Below, one piece after another: positions 54,475 through 64,000 of a stretch of 64,000 nucleotides of DNA (its first letter is position 1; every line of letters begins with the position of its first letter). The stretch is from a virus. Lineage: Duplodnaviria > Caudoviricetes. The stretch covers positions 1-64,000 of the IMG/VR virus record IMGVR_UViG_3300025723_000026. One strand, given 5' to 3'. The position numbers were made by a program, and so were the translations under genes. The notes under the pieces are model-generated. The model was not told where the DNA came from, made no database searches, and saw only the letters and a list, made by a program, of their open reading frames with translations.

Positions 54475-56199
54475 GTGAAGTCATACACTGTTACATTACA
54501 AAGTTATGTACCTTATGGGCTACCAGCTGTTCTAGATGGTGGATTTCATTATAATGGTAGCCAATATGATCCTATTGGAAATGGATATTATTATCTATCA
54601 GGTGCTGATGGTGATGCTAATCCTTATACAGGTTTTTTTCCAACCGATAGCTATACAGGAGCTATTACAGCTGATGATCAACAATTTAAACCATGGAGCT
54701 ACCACGCACAAGATGTATTTGTTGATATACCTGTAGGTCCACTTAAAGGACCATATACAATTAACTTTGATCCTTCAGGTTTATATACACCGTACGTAGA
54801 TATTCTCAAGATAGCATACGATTTCGGAGATGGTTCATCGGTATACGTGGTTAATAACAGCATTAACGCTTTACAGAATTATAATCAAAATACGCAAGGC
54901 GAACCACTATCAGCTGTTACACCGGCTGCAAATATTGTTAGTCATGATTATTACCCACAAAATGATTATCAGATAACGACGTTTACACCTAGCGTTACAG
55001 CGTATTATAGTAATGTTTCTCGCTGGATTTATAATATTAGTATATCATCGGCACCGATTTCAATTTATGAATTTGATGATATACATCTCATTAGCGCTAC
55101 GCAGCAGTTGACAGCTATTGAAACACAAAATATATTTGAGGTCGAGAGTCCTGACTACCTAACCGTTGCAAGAGTAGTAAGTGCAGTTGATGCTAATTAT
55201 TCTACTGTTATACCATTTGATCCCAATACATCAGTATTAAGTTATGACCTTATTACTTGGCTTGATGCGTCAGATGGTTCAACACTTGGCAGAGACTCTA
55301 ATGATAGAGTCTTTATTTGGTATGATAAGAGTTCTTATCAAAATAATTATTTCTGTAATGCTAGTGACGGTTCGGATGCACCGGTGTTTTTAACGCCAAG
55401 AGAGAGTCAATCTAAAAGAAAGTGCGTACACTTTCAAGCAAAGCCAATAAATGGTGGACCGGGTCAGTATCTTTACGCATTACCTATAGGACCTGGTCCG
55501 AACGGATCTGCTGGCGGTTATGTTGATAATATTTTTTATACATACGGGCAAGGCTTTACAGTATTTGCCGTAATGAAATTAAATCAAATCGGAAGCCATG
55601 ATACACTCTTTGCATATGATTTAAATACTAATGAACAGGCCTATAACAACGATCCTGCTCAATTAGCATTAGGTAACGGTCAGAACTACCTACCATATCT
55701 TAATATATCTTTTACTAATAACAATTCTATTACAATAGAACAGGGTGATACAAGTTATTATTTCGGAACAAGTGCATACGATTCAAATAATGGTATATAC
55801 AATCCTACAACAACAGGTACAATATCTCAAAATCTACTAAATTATAGCTTGTTTTCTACAACCATTAGCGGTAATCAAAATGCAACAGCATATATTACTG
55901 CAGATACAGCAGTAATTCAAAGAAAAAAACAAAATTATCAAAACTCATACACAACATTAAGTGCGTTTCTTTCTGGTGGTTATAATGTAGCGACAGGAAA
56001 AACTATTCCACCTGGACAGTATGACTACAATCTTGTTTACGGTCTTTTAGGTACTAGTGATGCGTATTTTAATAGTTTCTTAACAGATGCTGAAATTTCT
56101 GAATTCATGATATATGATAGACCGCTAAATCCGAATGAAATTGCATCTGTACAGGCATATCTTATTAATAAGTGGGGATTAACATTACAAACGAACTAG
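54475..56199 (+). CDS. Virion protein with LamG/ConA-like C-terminal region
   Basis: WLDASDGSTL, WYDKS, ISEFMIYDRPL...YLINKWGL. Confidence 0.65.
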   Translation: MKSYTVTLQSYVPYGLPAVLDGGFHYNGSQYDPIGNGYYYLSGADGDANPYTGFFPTDSYTGAITADDQQFKPWSYHAQDVFVDIPVGPLKGPYTINFDPSGLYTPYVDILKIAYDFGDGSSVYVVNNSINALQNYNQNTQGEPLSAVTPAANIVSHDYYPQNDYQITTFTPSVTAYYSNVSRWIYNISISSAPISIYEFDDIHLISATQQLTAIETQNIFEVESPDYLTVARVVSAVDANYSTVIPFDPNTSVLSYDLITWLDASDGSTLGRDSNDRVFIWYDKSSYQNNYFCNASDGSDAPVFLTPRESQSKRKCVHFQAKPINGGPGQYLYALPIGPGPNGSAGGYVDNIFYTYGQGFTVFAVMKLNQIGSHDTLFAYDLNTNEQAYNNDPAQLALGNGQNYLPYLNISFTNNNSITIEQGDTSYYFGTSAYDSNNGIYNPTTTGTISQNLLNYSLFSTTISGNQNATAYITADTAVIQRKKQNYQNSYTTLSAFLSGGYNVATGKTIPPGQYDYNLVYGLLGTSDAYFNSFLTDAEISEFMIYDRPLNPNEIASVQAYLINKWGLTLQTN

Positions 56200-56229
56200 C
56201 GTCTGTTTTAGTTTAAGATAAATAAAGAC

Positions 56230-59200
56230 ATGGAGGTTATTTCCTTAAATTCTACAAATTATATTGGTCTTTCGACCAAATATAGCCCTGATAATTTATT
56301 ACAGTTTAGTCAAAACGTTTATTGCACTGAACAAGGTATAAATCTGCCTCTCTCTCAAGTTCTATCTCAAGCTAACGATACATCTACAAATAATTATTCA
56401 AATTTATTTTTATCACAAACCATACCACTTACAAGCGCTGCGTATATCGAGAATCTTGAATATATACCTGATGACGGGTTTACGACGTATCTTGTTGCTA
56501 ACGCACAAGACGGAATCACCGAAACGTCTAATTTTCTTGTCGTTCAGGAGCCTGCGTCAAGTACTTCAACTGCTTCAATATCGATGTCTGGTTTATCAGC
56601 GTATCTCGATAATAGATACATGTTTACTATTAAGTTTCATACTTTTGATCTCTGTAAAATAGAGCACGTAAACGCAAACGTGGTACGATATTTAACGGTA
56701 GGTTCAGATTTAGGTTTATACTTTAGATCTGATATGAGCGAAGATTATCTAGGTGATCAAAGCCATCAGATGTTTAATTATCTCTATAATCGACAGGATA
56801 ATATTTTTATATTATCGAAAAAACTTCAAGATGTTCCGCATTATTTTGGGTACGATGCTGTAACACAGACATTAACTGGTTTGCCTGCTGTATCAGGTTT
56901 ACCTTCATGGCCCTCGTCAGCTGAATTAGTATGCATAGGTCGACCAGTTGAACCTAACAATACTGTTTTACTTGATCCTTGGGTTAGTTATAATCAAAAT
57001 TTTCTTACAAATACTCAAGATATTAATATAGGTGGTTCAACTCAGAGTATTAATTCTAACCTTCTCCTTCATAGTCAATATCTCAATCTAACAGGTGGCT
57101 CCCTTGACGTTAATGCTATATCACTAAAAACAACCAATACACCTGAAAACTATCAATCAAGAAATAACCCGTTTCAAGCCAATAAATCGCAATTTTTAAA
57201 TGAAAGTGATGCAGAGATGCGAGATTATAAAGCTTTATTTACAGGTTCAAATCAAACGTTTGGTAATGATAACATTACACTTGGTTATGAATCATATACC
57301 ACAGATGTTGTACTAAAAGGTGACAAAGTAACGTACTTTCATATACCACAATCCCTTTACCCGTTCCTTCAGCTTAATGTTAATGATTCAGGTTTAATTC
57401 AGGCAGGTGCTATCGCTGGTGATCACCCTGTTAAGTCTGATAAAGTTTTTAAAAAGCTTGCTGATGCAAAAAATACATCACCTTACGGTAATACATCAGG
57501 TGAGACAAACGGAACATTTCTTTGCAGTTGGTTATCAGGTAGTACAGATATTACAGCGCTACCAATTTGGGTGGATAGGTATTACAACCCTTCTAAGGTA
57601 TCATTTGTAGCAGCACTAACAACAAGATCACTTAGAGCTGTTACATATTCGACGGCATTTGAAGGATTAGTTCAGGAATCCGGTCCTATTCCAGATACTG
57701 ATATTGTAATAGATGTTCCTTCAAGTCTTACTTTTGAGCCTGGTGCTTATTATGCTTATCACCACTATGGTCCTAATGATGTAGTAAATTATTTAAAAAT
57801 ATTTTCTCCTTTTATTGCTGAAAAAGATCTTCCCAACTATTACACTACGAATGACGCTGATGCGGTACCTAATTATACACCTGAGCTCGAGTATACATTT
57901 AATGGTAACGAGTATGCTGTGACAGACTCACTATCTAGTATACAGAACTCTAATCAATTTACACTGTGTTTTGATATGCATAATCAAAATTGGAAAGTAC
58001 CGTTTGCCAATCAAATTGTAGGTAATTTATTAAATGATGGGTTCGGTGTTTTTAACGAAAATATTATTACACCAACTATTTTTGTCAATACTCTTACAAG
58101 TCTTGACGTACTTAATACTGATTTGGTAAAATTAGATACAGTAACCTATCCAACAACAGCTCTTGCTTTCATTCGCCCTAATTTTATTGAAAATTATTCG
58201 GTTGTTTTTAGTGATGGTTACTTGAGACAGTATACATGTAACAATCAATTAATACGTCAAACGTTCTCACCATATCTATCGAACACAATTTTTGTAACAA
58301 ATACAGATACTACTGCGTATATATTATGTCCTAATACAACTTCTGCGATAATACTCTCAGCAAATTTAATTACTAACACTGTTACACCTATTAACCTATC
58401 AAATATTGCTTATAACTCTTATGTTGCAGGGTCAGGACAAACATTACCAACACAAGCATCGCATTCTGTAGCTGTATACAATAATAATTTCTATTTTACG
58501 CCTAGCCATACAGCTAAACGTGCAGGAAATAACATTTACTATCGTGACTCTAGTACAGGCTACCGCTCTCTTATAAAATGGGATATAAGCAATACTAACT
58601 CACGCCCTGTTACAGCCTTCAACATACCCTCTTCTGCAGGTACAACAATAAATGATTTTAATATTGACTTTAACGGTAACATTTGGATTTTAAATAGCGC
58701 AAACAAATATTATAAGTTTACACAAAATAATGAATTAGTACTTTCAGGTACATTGACATCAAATACACCGATTACAACCGTACAGTCATTAACAGGAAAT
58801 GGTACAACAACGATATATTCTATTTCTGCTTCAACTGTACTTACATCCAATGATCTTACAGTAACCGTTAATAACACCATATTAAGACCAACCTTTGATT
58901 ATAACTTAAGTGGTTATAATGTTATTTTTTCTAATCCACCACTATCAGGTGTATACGGTACTATTTCATATACTCAAAATCTTGATACATTTACAAATAC
59001 AAGTGTTAATTTTATATCAGAGTTTTATAATAGCATATATTATAATAATGTTGTTTTTGCTCGAAAAGGTCAAGCATATCAAACACTATCCAATACTGTT
59101 ACTGCTCTCTCGACATCGCCCGCCTATCAGTTTCTAATATATGATACTTTAGGTAATCAATTATCAAGTATATTTTACTTTACACCTACTGCAACACCGT

Positions 59201-59892
59201 TAAACGGGCTATCGCTTACAAATTCTAACTACTTACGTGAATTTATTCAGGGTACATATCCAGCATCAAATTTTAATATTAAGGCTGTCACCACAAATAT
59301 ATACGATAAAGCCGATGTAAGTACAAATGAGATTATATTTGACCTCTCGACTCTAGATCCCGGTTACCATCATTTTGCTATTCGGTTTGATAGCTATAAC
59401 GGGTATATGTCACTCTTTGTTGATGCTCAACTCGTACAATCCATTCAATTTACACCAAGAAAGTATCAGTTTAGTAACTTACTTTATAGACCATTCCTTA
59501 TAGGCTCATCAAACTTTAATAACTCCGAGCCCTTATTTAAATATCTTCAAAAGAATCTATATCTTGCTGAAAATATTAAGATAAAAAATTTCTATCTGTA
59601 TGACACACCTTTAAATGATTACGATATTATCATGCACGCACGACAGAGTGGTAGTATGCATGATATACACTTCGACATACCCTGTGGTCGTAGAAGCTAT
59701 CTTGAAGAAATAGAACGATACTTTAAAGCAGATATACCTGGCTCGAAGTCAACACTCTATAACATAGTATTACGCAATACAGGTATTACTGATCCAGTAT
59801 TAAAGCATTCTATCGAGCAACGTGTACTCAAGACACTATCGAATTCAGCTCCGGTGTATTCTAAACTAAATACAATTAAGTGGGTCAATTAA
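56230..59892 (+). CDS. Large baseplate/virion protein with LamG-like domain
   Basis: 1220 aa; GYHHFAIRFD..NGYMSLFVD. Confidence 0.6.
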   Translation: MEVISLNSTNYIGLSTKYSPDNLLQFSQNVYCTEQGINLPLSQVLSQANDTSTNNYSNLFLSQTIPLTSAAYIENLEYIPDDGFTTYLVANAQDGITETSNFLVVQEPASSTSTASISMSGLSAYLDNRYMFTIKFHTFDLCKIEHVNANVVRYLTVGSDLGLYFRSDMSEDYLGDQSHQMFNYLYNRQDNIFILSKKLQDVPHYFGYDAVTQTLTGLPAVSGLPSWPSSAELVCIGRPVEPNNTVLLDPWVSYNQNFLTNTQDINIGGSTQSINSNLLLHSQYLNLTGGSLDVNAISLKTTNTPENYQSRNNPFQANKSQFLNESDAEMRDYKALFTGSNQTFGNDNITLGYESYTTDVVLKGDKVTYFHIPQSLYPFLQLNVNDSGLIQAGAIAGDHPVKSDKVFKKLADAKNTSPYGNTSGETNGTFLCSWLSGSTDITALPIWVDRYYNPSKVSFVAALTTRSLRAVTYSTAFEGLVQESGPIPDTDIVIDVPSSLTFEPGAYYAYHHYGPNDVVNYLKIFSPFIAEKDLPNYYTTNDADAVPNYTPELEYTFNGNEYAVTDSLSSIQNSNQFTLCFDMHNQNWKVPFANQIVGNLLNDGFGVFNENIITPTIFVNTLTSLDVLNTDLVKLDTVTYPTTALAFIRPNFIENYSVVFSDGYLRQYTCNNQLIRQTFSPYLSNTIFVTNTDTTAYILCPNTTSAIILSANLITNTVTPINLSNIAYNSYVAGSGQTLPTQASHSVAVYNNNFYFTPSHTAKRAGNNIYYRDSSTGYRSLIKWDISNTNSRPVTAFNIPSSAGTTINDFNIDFNGNIWILNSANKYYKFTQNNELVLSGTLTSNTPITTVQSLTGNGTTTIYSISASTVLTSNDLTVTVNNTILRPTFDYNLSGYNVIFSNPPLSGVYGTISYTQNLDTFTNTSVNFISEFYNSIYYNNVVFARKGQAYQTLSNTVTALSTSPAYQFLIYDTLGNQLSSIFYFTPTATPLNGLSLTNSNYLREFIQGTYPASNFNIKAVTTNIYDKADVSTNEIIFDLSTLDPGYHHFAIRFDSYNGYMSLFVDAQLVQSIQFTPRKYQFSNLLYRPFLIGSSNFNNSEPLFKYLQKNLYLAENIKIKNFYLYDTPLNDYDIIMHARQSGSMHDIHFDIPCGRRSYLEEIERYFKADIPGSKSTLYNIVLRNTGITDPVLKHSIEQRVLKTLSNSAPVYSKLNTIKWVN

Positions 59893-59896
59893 AACA

Positions 59897-61519
59897 ATGA
59901 ATATAAACGATATTATAACCCAACAAGGCATTATTTACGATCGTTATCTCGGTTCTACATTAAGTTTACCGTATTCGAGTTTTGAATCAATTAAAATTCA
60001 ACCAAACGAAACAGTAAACAATTTTAATATTAATAATATTATTACAAAGTTGTATGATAATTATCTTTATTTGTATAAATCCGCTCATGTTGCATCAAAT
60101 GTTATTCCTATTACATCTGTCGCTGTAGCTGGTAATTATAATGGTAAATTTAACTGGTATAGTGGTCTTAGTTCAAAACAATTTAGTTCATTAGCGTCTG
60201 CATTAGGATTTGATCTTCAGGATAATCCTGGTGTACTTGCTGTCAAATATAATAGTGATCTCGATCAATATGTACTTGTTACAACAACAGGTACCGATAT
60301 TATCATTTTAAATAGCAACTCAACGTTTACCAGTATTACATCCACACTTAGCACAGGTATCACGTTTCAAGGCTCTAGTATTAATTGGCAAAAAATTCAA
60401 GATATTACGTTTGGTGATAATGATACAATGTATGTATTAGATCAAAAGGCTAATAATATCTTTTTATATGATGCCTCAGGGTTCTTAACTAGTGATAATC
60501 TATTAAAAAATATTCTTGTGTATCAAAATAGTATAGGTGGGTACGGTACGTTTATTGATAATACTAAATTTAATAATCCAGTTAGTATTGATTATTATAA
60601 TTCAACACTTTATGTTTTAGATGCAAGCAATAAATGTATAAAAACGTATGATAAAAATTTAAACTGGCTTATTACATATCGACTTTTTCAAGACTTTTTA
60701 TCCGCTGGCCCTGTTCAAATTACACATGATCAATTCGGCTATAATTATGTTCTTAACAGTAATTGGACTGTATACAAATATAGTAATGAGTTTAACACTA
60801 AAAAGTTACTCGACTTTACGGCACTATCAGCATCAGGCGATACAGTTAAACGACTTGTTTTTTCGCAATCCGATCCAAATGTTTTCTATTTTGTAACTCA
60901 AAACAATATCTATAAAAAGCTTGTAGATATACCAGGTGATACGGTAGGTAAATACAACTTAAGCGGGTTTAATATTACAAATCAATATTTTGCAACTTTT
61001 GCTACAGTATCAGCAGCAATTAATAATATGCCTTACGATTACAATTTTACAATCAGTACTCAAGCAGGTACAGTAAATAGAATTTCTCTTTTTCAAGATA
61101 ATCTCAATGTAGTGAGTATTTTAACTAACGATGTTTTTGATGTTTATCCTCTAAGCGGTATTACTATTAATAAAGAAGAATATTTACAAAATTGGGTTAT
61201 TAACAAGTCAATCTCTAAGCTCTTAATGAATCATATGAGACTCAGAGATAACATCTCGAGTAAATTTCTTTTCACACAGGATACAATTCCTGGTGATACG
61301 CTTTTAGCTGGTACTAGATATCTGCGGCCGAGTGAACTAACAAATCTACAGTTTACCCAAGACATTACAAACTTTATTGGTGTAAATGAGATTTTTCAAA
61401 ATAATATTATAAACAGACCATTTGAAAATATCTTTAATATACAGACTAACCTACTATCTGCGCTCGCTGATGATGTACGTAACTACAGTAATGTACCGCA
61501 AATTGTATATCTAAACTAA
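59897..61519 (+). CDS. Virion protein with NHL-like propeller repeats
   Basis: FNNPVSID...LYVLDASNKCIK; MYVLDQKANNI. Confidence 0.6.
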   Translation: MNINDIITQQGIIYDRYLGSTLSLPYSSFESIKIQPNETVNNFNINNIITKLYDNYLYLYKSAHVASNVIPITSVAVAGNYNGKFNWYSGLSSKQFSSLASALGFDLQDNPGVLAVKYNSDLDQYVLVTTTGTDIIILNSNSTFTSITSTLSTGITFQGSSINWQKIQDITFGDNDTMYVLDQKANNIFLYDASGFLTSDNLLKNILVYQNSIGGYGTFIDNTKFNNPVSIDYYNSTLYVLDASNKCIKTYDKNLNWLITYRLFQDFLSAGPVQITHDQFGYNYVLNSNWTVYKYSNEFNTKKLLDFTALSASGDTVKRLVFSQSDPNVFYFVTQNNIYKKLVDIPGDTVGKYNLSGFNITNQYFATFATVSAAINNMPYDYNFTISTQAGTVNRISLFQDNLNVVSILTNDVFDVYPLSGITINKEEYLQNWVINKSISKLLMNHMRLRDNISSKFLFTQDTIPGDTLLAGTRYLRPSELTNLQFTQDITNFIGVNEIFQNNIINRPFENIFNIQTNLLSALADDVRNYSNVPQIVYLN

Positions 61520-61553
61520 TTGGATTTCATTACTTTTCAACTAAATAATCATA

Positions 61554-63602
61554 ATGGCCACAAATACGATTAATGTTACATCTGATACAGTAATTAAGCT
61601 TCTCATTAGACGCGGCACCGATGCAGATAGACAGAATATTATTCTTAATTCAGGAGAGTTTGGTTATGCTTATGATACAAAGCGTGTTTTTATAGGTGAT
61701 GGTGTAACGCTCGGTGGTAATATTGTTGGTAACATAAATTTTGGTATTGTACAAGGTATTGAGAATTACACATCACCATCAGTATTACCTGGTGATATGA
61801 TATATCAGTATATAACTAGTAGTGGTCAAGCTGATAATACATTATATACGTTTAACGCTGGTGAGTGGCAGTCCATAAGTCCAAAGTATAGCTTGCCTGG
61901 AAACCCTGGTACACCGGGTCCTCTTACTAATGCTCAGGGCTACGTTAATTTTAACCCGACATATTTTTATCTAGATACAACAAATTCAATTTTTAATGTA
62001 TATGGTGATCTCAATATTAAACGCGGTATAACATCCAGTACATTAAAATCAACTACTATGTCTACTGACATGGTAACTATTAATAATGAACCTGTTCACG
62101 GTACTGATGGCGTAAACCTCATTGCCTTATTGTCAGGTATTGATATTGCTGAAGCGTACGCAAGAAGTTATAATGGTGCTTACTACGTTCCGTTAAGTGG
62201 TAAAGCTACAATGTACGGTACCTTAAGTAGTACTAAAAATATCGTAGTCCCGACACCGCCTGCCAACGGCAATGACGTAACTAATAGAACATATGTGGAT
62301 AGCGTAGCTAGTAGCTCTTATGATAACGCTGTAGCTTACACGGCAAACAGGTACTTACCGCTTTCCGGTGGTACGATAAGTCATGCTAACAATACACCTG
62401 CCGTAATTATTAATCAAACTGGTGGTGGTCCAGGTGTTCCGGGTATAGCTCTTCAAATCAATGATACAAATTATGGCGCAAATCCATTTATTGTTGATAA
62501 CTTTGGTAGTGTAGGGGTCGGTGGTATTCCAGCCCCAGGTGGGGTCACACAGTTATCTATATTTGGTACGACGAGTGCGCAGGGAGATACTATACTCAAT
62601 GGAAGTCTTTCTATCAATAAAAATAACAGCGCTACTATAACTCTTGGAAGAGATGTTACTCCATATGGAAGCTTTGAGATAACAAAGGATGGCAGTAGTA
62701 ATACTTTTGATATTTCATCAAATGCCGCAGGATCTATTAGTAAGCGCTTTAGTATTGATCAATCTGGTAATGTTTCAGCAGCTATAAACGGTGGACGTAT
62801 TAATATTGGTGCTATACCTACCTCCACAACAAATAAAGTTTATGTTCAAAGAGATATTAGCAATAGTTCAACAGCCGATATACGTACAACAGATGGTACC
62901 CAGTGGATTGATATTAATAGTAATCAGTCTGTAGGGTCATGGAATCCTTTAATACAAAATAATGATGCTTCAGTAATTTATTCCGCTGGTACAATTGACA
63001 ATGCAAGCAGTGCTCTTGTCATTGGTCCTTGGTCTGCATCATCTAAGGGGCTAAGAATAGATAATAGTGGACGTATTGCTATTAATACATCTTTTACAGG
63101 TGCTACCCTTACATTAAACGGCTCATTAAGTTCCAATAGTACTATTAGTACTACAGGTGATATTAATGCAACTGGTGCTCTCCGCGTTACAGGAAATATT
63201 ACTACTGCGGGTACTATTAGCGCTACAGGAAATATTACTACTACAGGTACCATTAGCGCTGCAGGTAATATTACTACTGCAGGTAATATTAATGCTGCAG
63301 GTGATATTACAGCTTTCTACACCTCTGATAAACGTCTTAAAAATAATATTAAGTCAATTACATCAGCTCTTGATAAAATTGAAGTAATAAACGGTGTAGA
63401 ATATGACTGGAATACTGAACTTCAAGATAATCACGCCGGACACGATGTCGGTGTAATCGCTCAAGAGATTGAACATGTGTTACCTGAAGCTGTTACAACC
63501 CGTAAAGATGGGTATAAGGCGGTAAACTACGATAAGGTTATACCTCTTTTACTACAAGCTATTAAAGAACTTAAAGCCGAAGTTCAATTACTTAAAAAAT
63601 AA
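61554..63602 (+). CDS. Tail fibre with Mtd-N-like N-terminus and peptidase S74 intramolecular chaperone
   Basis: LIRRGTDADR...GEFGY..DT...IGDG; SDKRLKNNI...GVIAQE...VNYDK. Confidence 0.88.
   Translation: MATNTINVTSDTVIKLLIRRGTDADRQNIILNSGEFGYAYDTKRVFIGDGVTLGGNIVGNINFGIVQGIENYTSPSVLPGDMIYQYITSSGQADNTLYTFNAGEWQSISPKYSLPGNPGTPGPLTNAQGYVNFNPTYFYLDTTNSIFNVYGDLNIKRGITSSTLKSTTMSTDMVTINNEPVHGTDGVNLIALLSGIDIAEAYARSYNGAYYVPLSGKATMYGTLSSTKNIVVPTPPANGNDVTNRTYVDSVASSSYDNAVAYTANRYLPLSGGTISHANNTPAVIINQTGGGPGVPGIALQINDTNYGANPFIVDNFGSVGVGGIPAPGGVTQLSIFGTTSAQGDTILNGSLSINKNNSATITLGRDVTPYGSFEITKDGSSNTFDISSNAAGSISKRFSIDQSGNVSAAINGGRINIGAIPTSTTNKVYVQRDISNSSTADIRTTDGTQWIDINSNQSVGSWNPLIQNNDASVIYSAGTIDNASSALVIGPWSASSKGLRIDNSGRIAINTSFTGATLTLNGSLSSNSTISTTGDINATGALRVTGNITTAGTISATGNITTTGTISAAGNITTAGNINAAGDITAFYTSDKRLKNNIKSITSALDKIEVINGVEYDWNTELQDNHAGHDVGVIAQEIEHVLPEAVTTRKDGYKAVNYDKVIPLLLQAIKELKAEVQLLKK
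62885..63028 (+). repeat. 144-bp repeat, copy 2
   Basis: Matches 52295-52438. Confidence 0.9.
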
Positions 63603-63609
63603 AATTATC

Positions 63610-63638
63610 TTGACCTATAGTGGTACATAGCCTATTAT
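63610..63638 (+). promoter_or_regulatory. sigma70-like promoter, probably leaderless transcript
   Basis: TTGACC-N17-TATTAT, 6 nt before ATG. Confidence 0.7.
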
Positions 63639-63644
63639 AGGTAC

Positions 63645-64000
63645 ATGACCAAGATTCTCTGCATAGGCGATATTCACAATAGGTGGGTAGCTGCTGAGGC
63701 TATTGCATCGAAGTATGATGCTACTCATACCATTGTATTTGTTGGCGACTACTTCGATAACTTTCATGATACAGCTATTGACGCAGATCAAACTGCTCGT
63801 TGGTTGAAGGAGTCATTGTCAAAGCCTAATCGAATTCATCTAATGGGTAACCATGATGTTAACTACGATTACAGAAATGTTCGTGATAGTGGTCAGATTT
63901 ATCATTGTTCTGGTTATTCACCCGCTAAGGATGACGCTATTAATAGGAATATGACCAATGAAGATTGGGATAAAATCGAGATAGCTTATTATAAGAATGG
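63645..64000 (+). CDS. Calcineurin-like metallophosphoesterase, 3'-partial
   Basis: IGDIH, VGDYFD, MGNHD motifs. Confidence 0.88.
   Translation, partial: MTKILCIGDIHNRWVAAEAIASKYDATHTIVFVGDYFDNFHDTAIDADQTARWLKESLSKPNRIHLMGNHDVNYDYRNVRDSGQIYHCSGYSPAKDDAINRNMTNEDWDKIEIAYYKN

Noticed and set aside
52295-63028. Diversity-generating retroelement template/variable repeat pair
   Set aside because: Only two C/T differences, both copies lie mid-ORF, and there is no reverse transcriptase in the window
4130-63253. Pro-rich and other antisense or shadow ORFs in the track (e.g. 4130, 4973, 46050, 46533, 48143, 62978)
   Set aside because: Mirror frames of Gly/Thr-rich coding genes
1-64000. Genome-wide stop-codon reassignment
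   Set aside because: Long genes are intact under the standard code, TAG and TGA end real genes, and no suppressor anticodon is present
1-64000. Bacteroidetes host inferred from class Id-like RNR, bS21 and scarce SD motifs
   Set aside because: Early promoters are TTG-N16/17-TATAAT type, not the Bacteroidetes consensus, and some strong SDs exist; the host cannot be determined here

Overview
A 64-kb segment of a large, AT-rich, T4-like (Caudoviricetes) phage genome. Both ends (1-8.3 kb and 42.8-63.6 kb, + strand) encode very long Gly/Asn/Ser/Thr/Cys-rich virion fibre/adhesin proteins built from shared modules. The middle (8.5-42.6 kb, mostly - strand) holds accessory genes: GT9 glycosyltransferase, sulfotransferase, dCMP deaminase, class Id-like NrdA/NrdB, bS21, Hsp20, a RadA-like ATPase, a nucleotidase, a 2OG oxygenase, HiPIP, and a porin plus transporter pair. 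It also holds a large RNA complement. I count 25 tRNA genes covering 19 amino acids (no Phe), interleaved with free-standing endonucleases; several are highly atypical (Gly-ACC, Ser-ACU, class II-like Ile-UAU, non-canonical T-loops). The tmRNA T-loop is interrupted by a 206-nt group I intron whose helices can be traced by eye. There is also a ~470-nt orphan structured ncRNA with its own promoter and terminator, and boxA-like antitermination sites precede three non-coding transcripts. Other notable signals: an hsp20 mRNA with a ROSE-like thermometer and complementary 5'/3' ends, a PQ-loop gene with an in-frame TGA, near-leaderless promoters, and late-expressed enzymes with T4 internal-protein-like N-termini. 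All calls were made by eye, without database searches or folding software.
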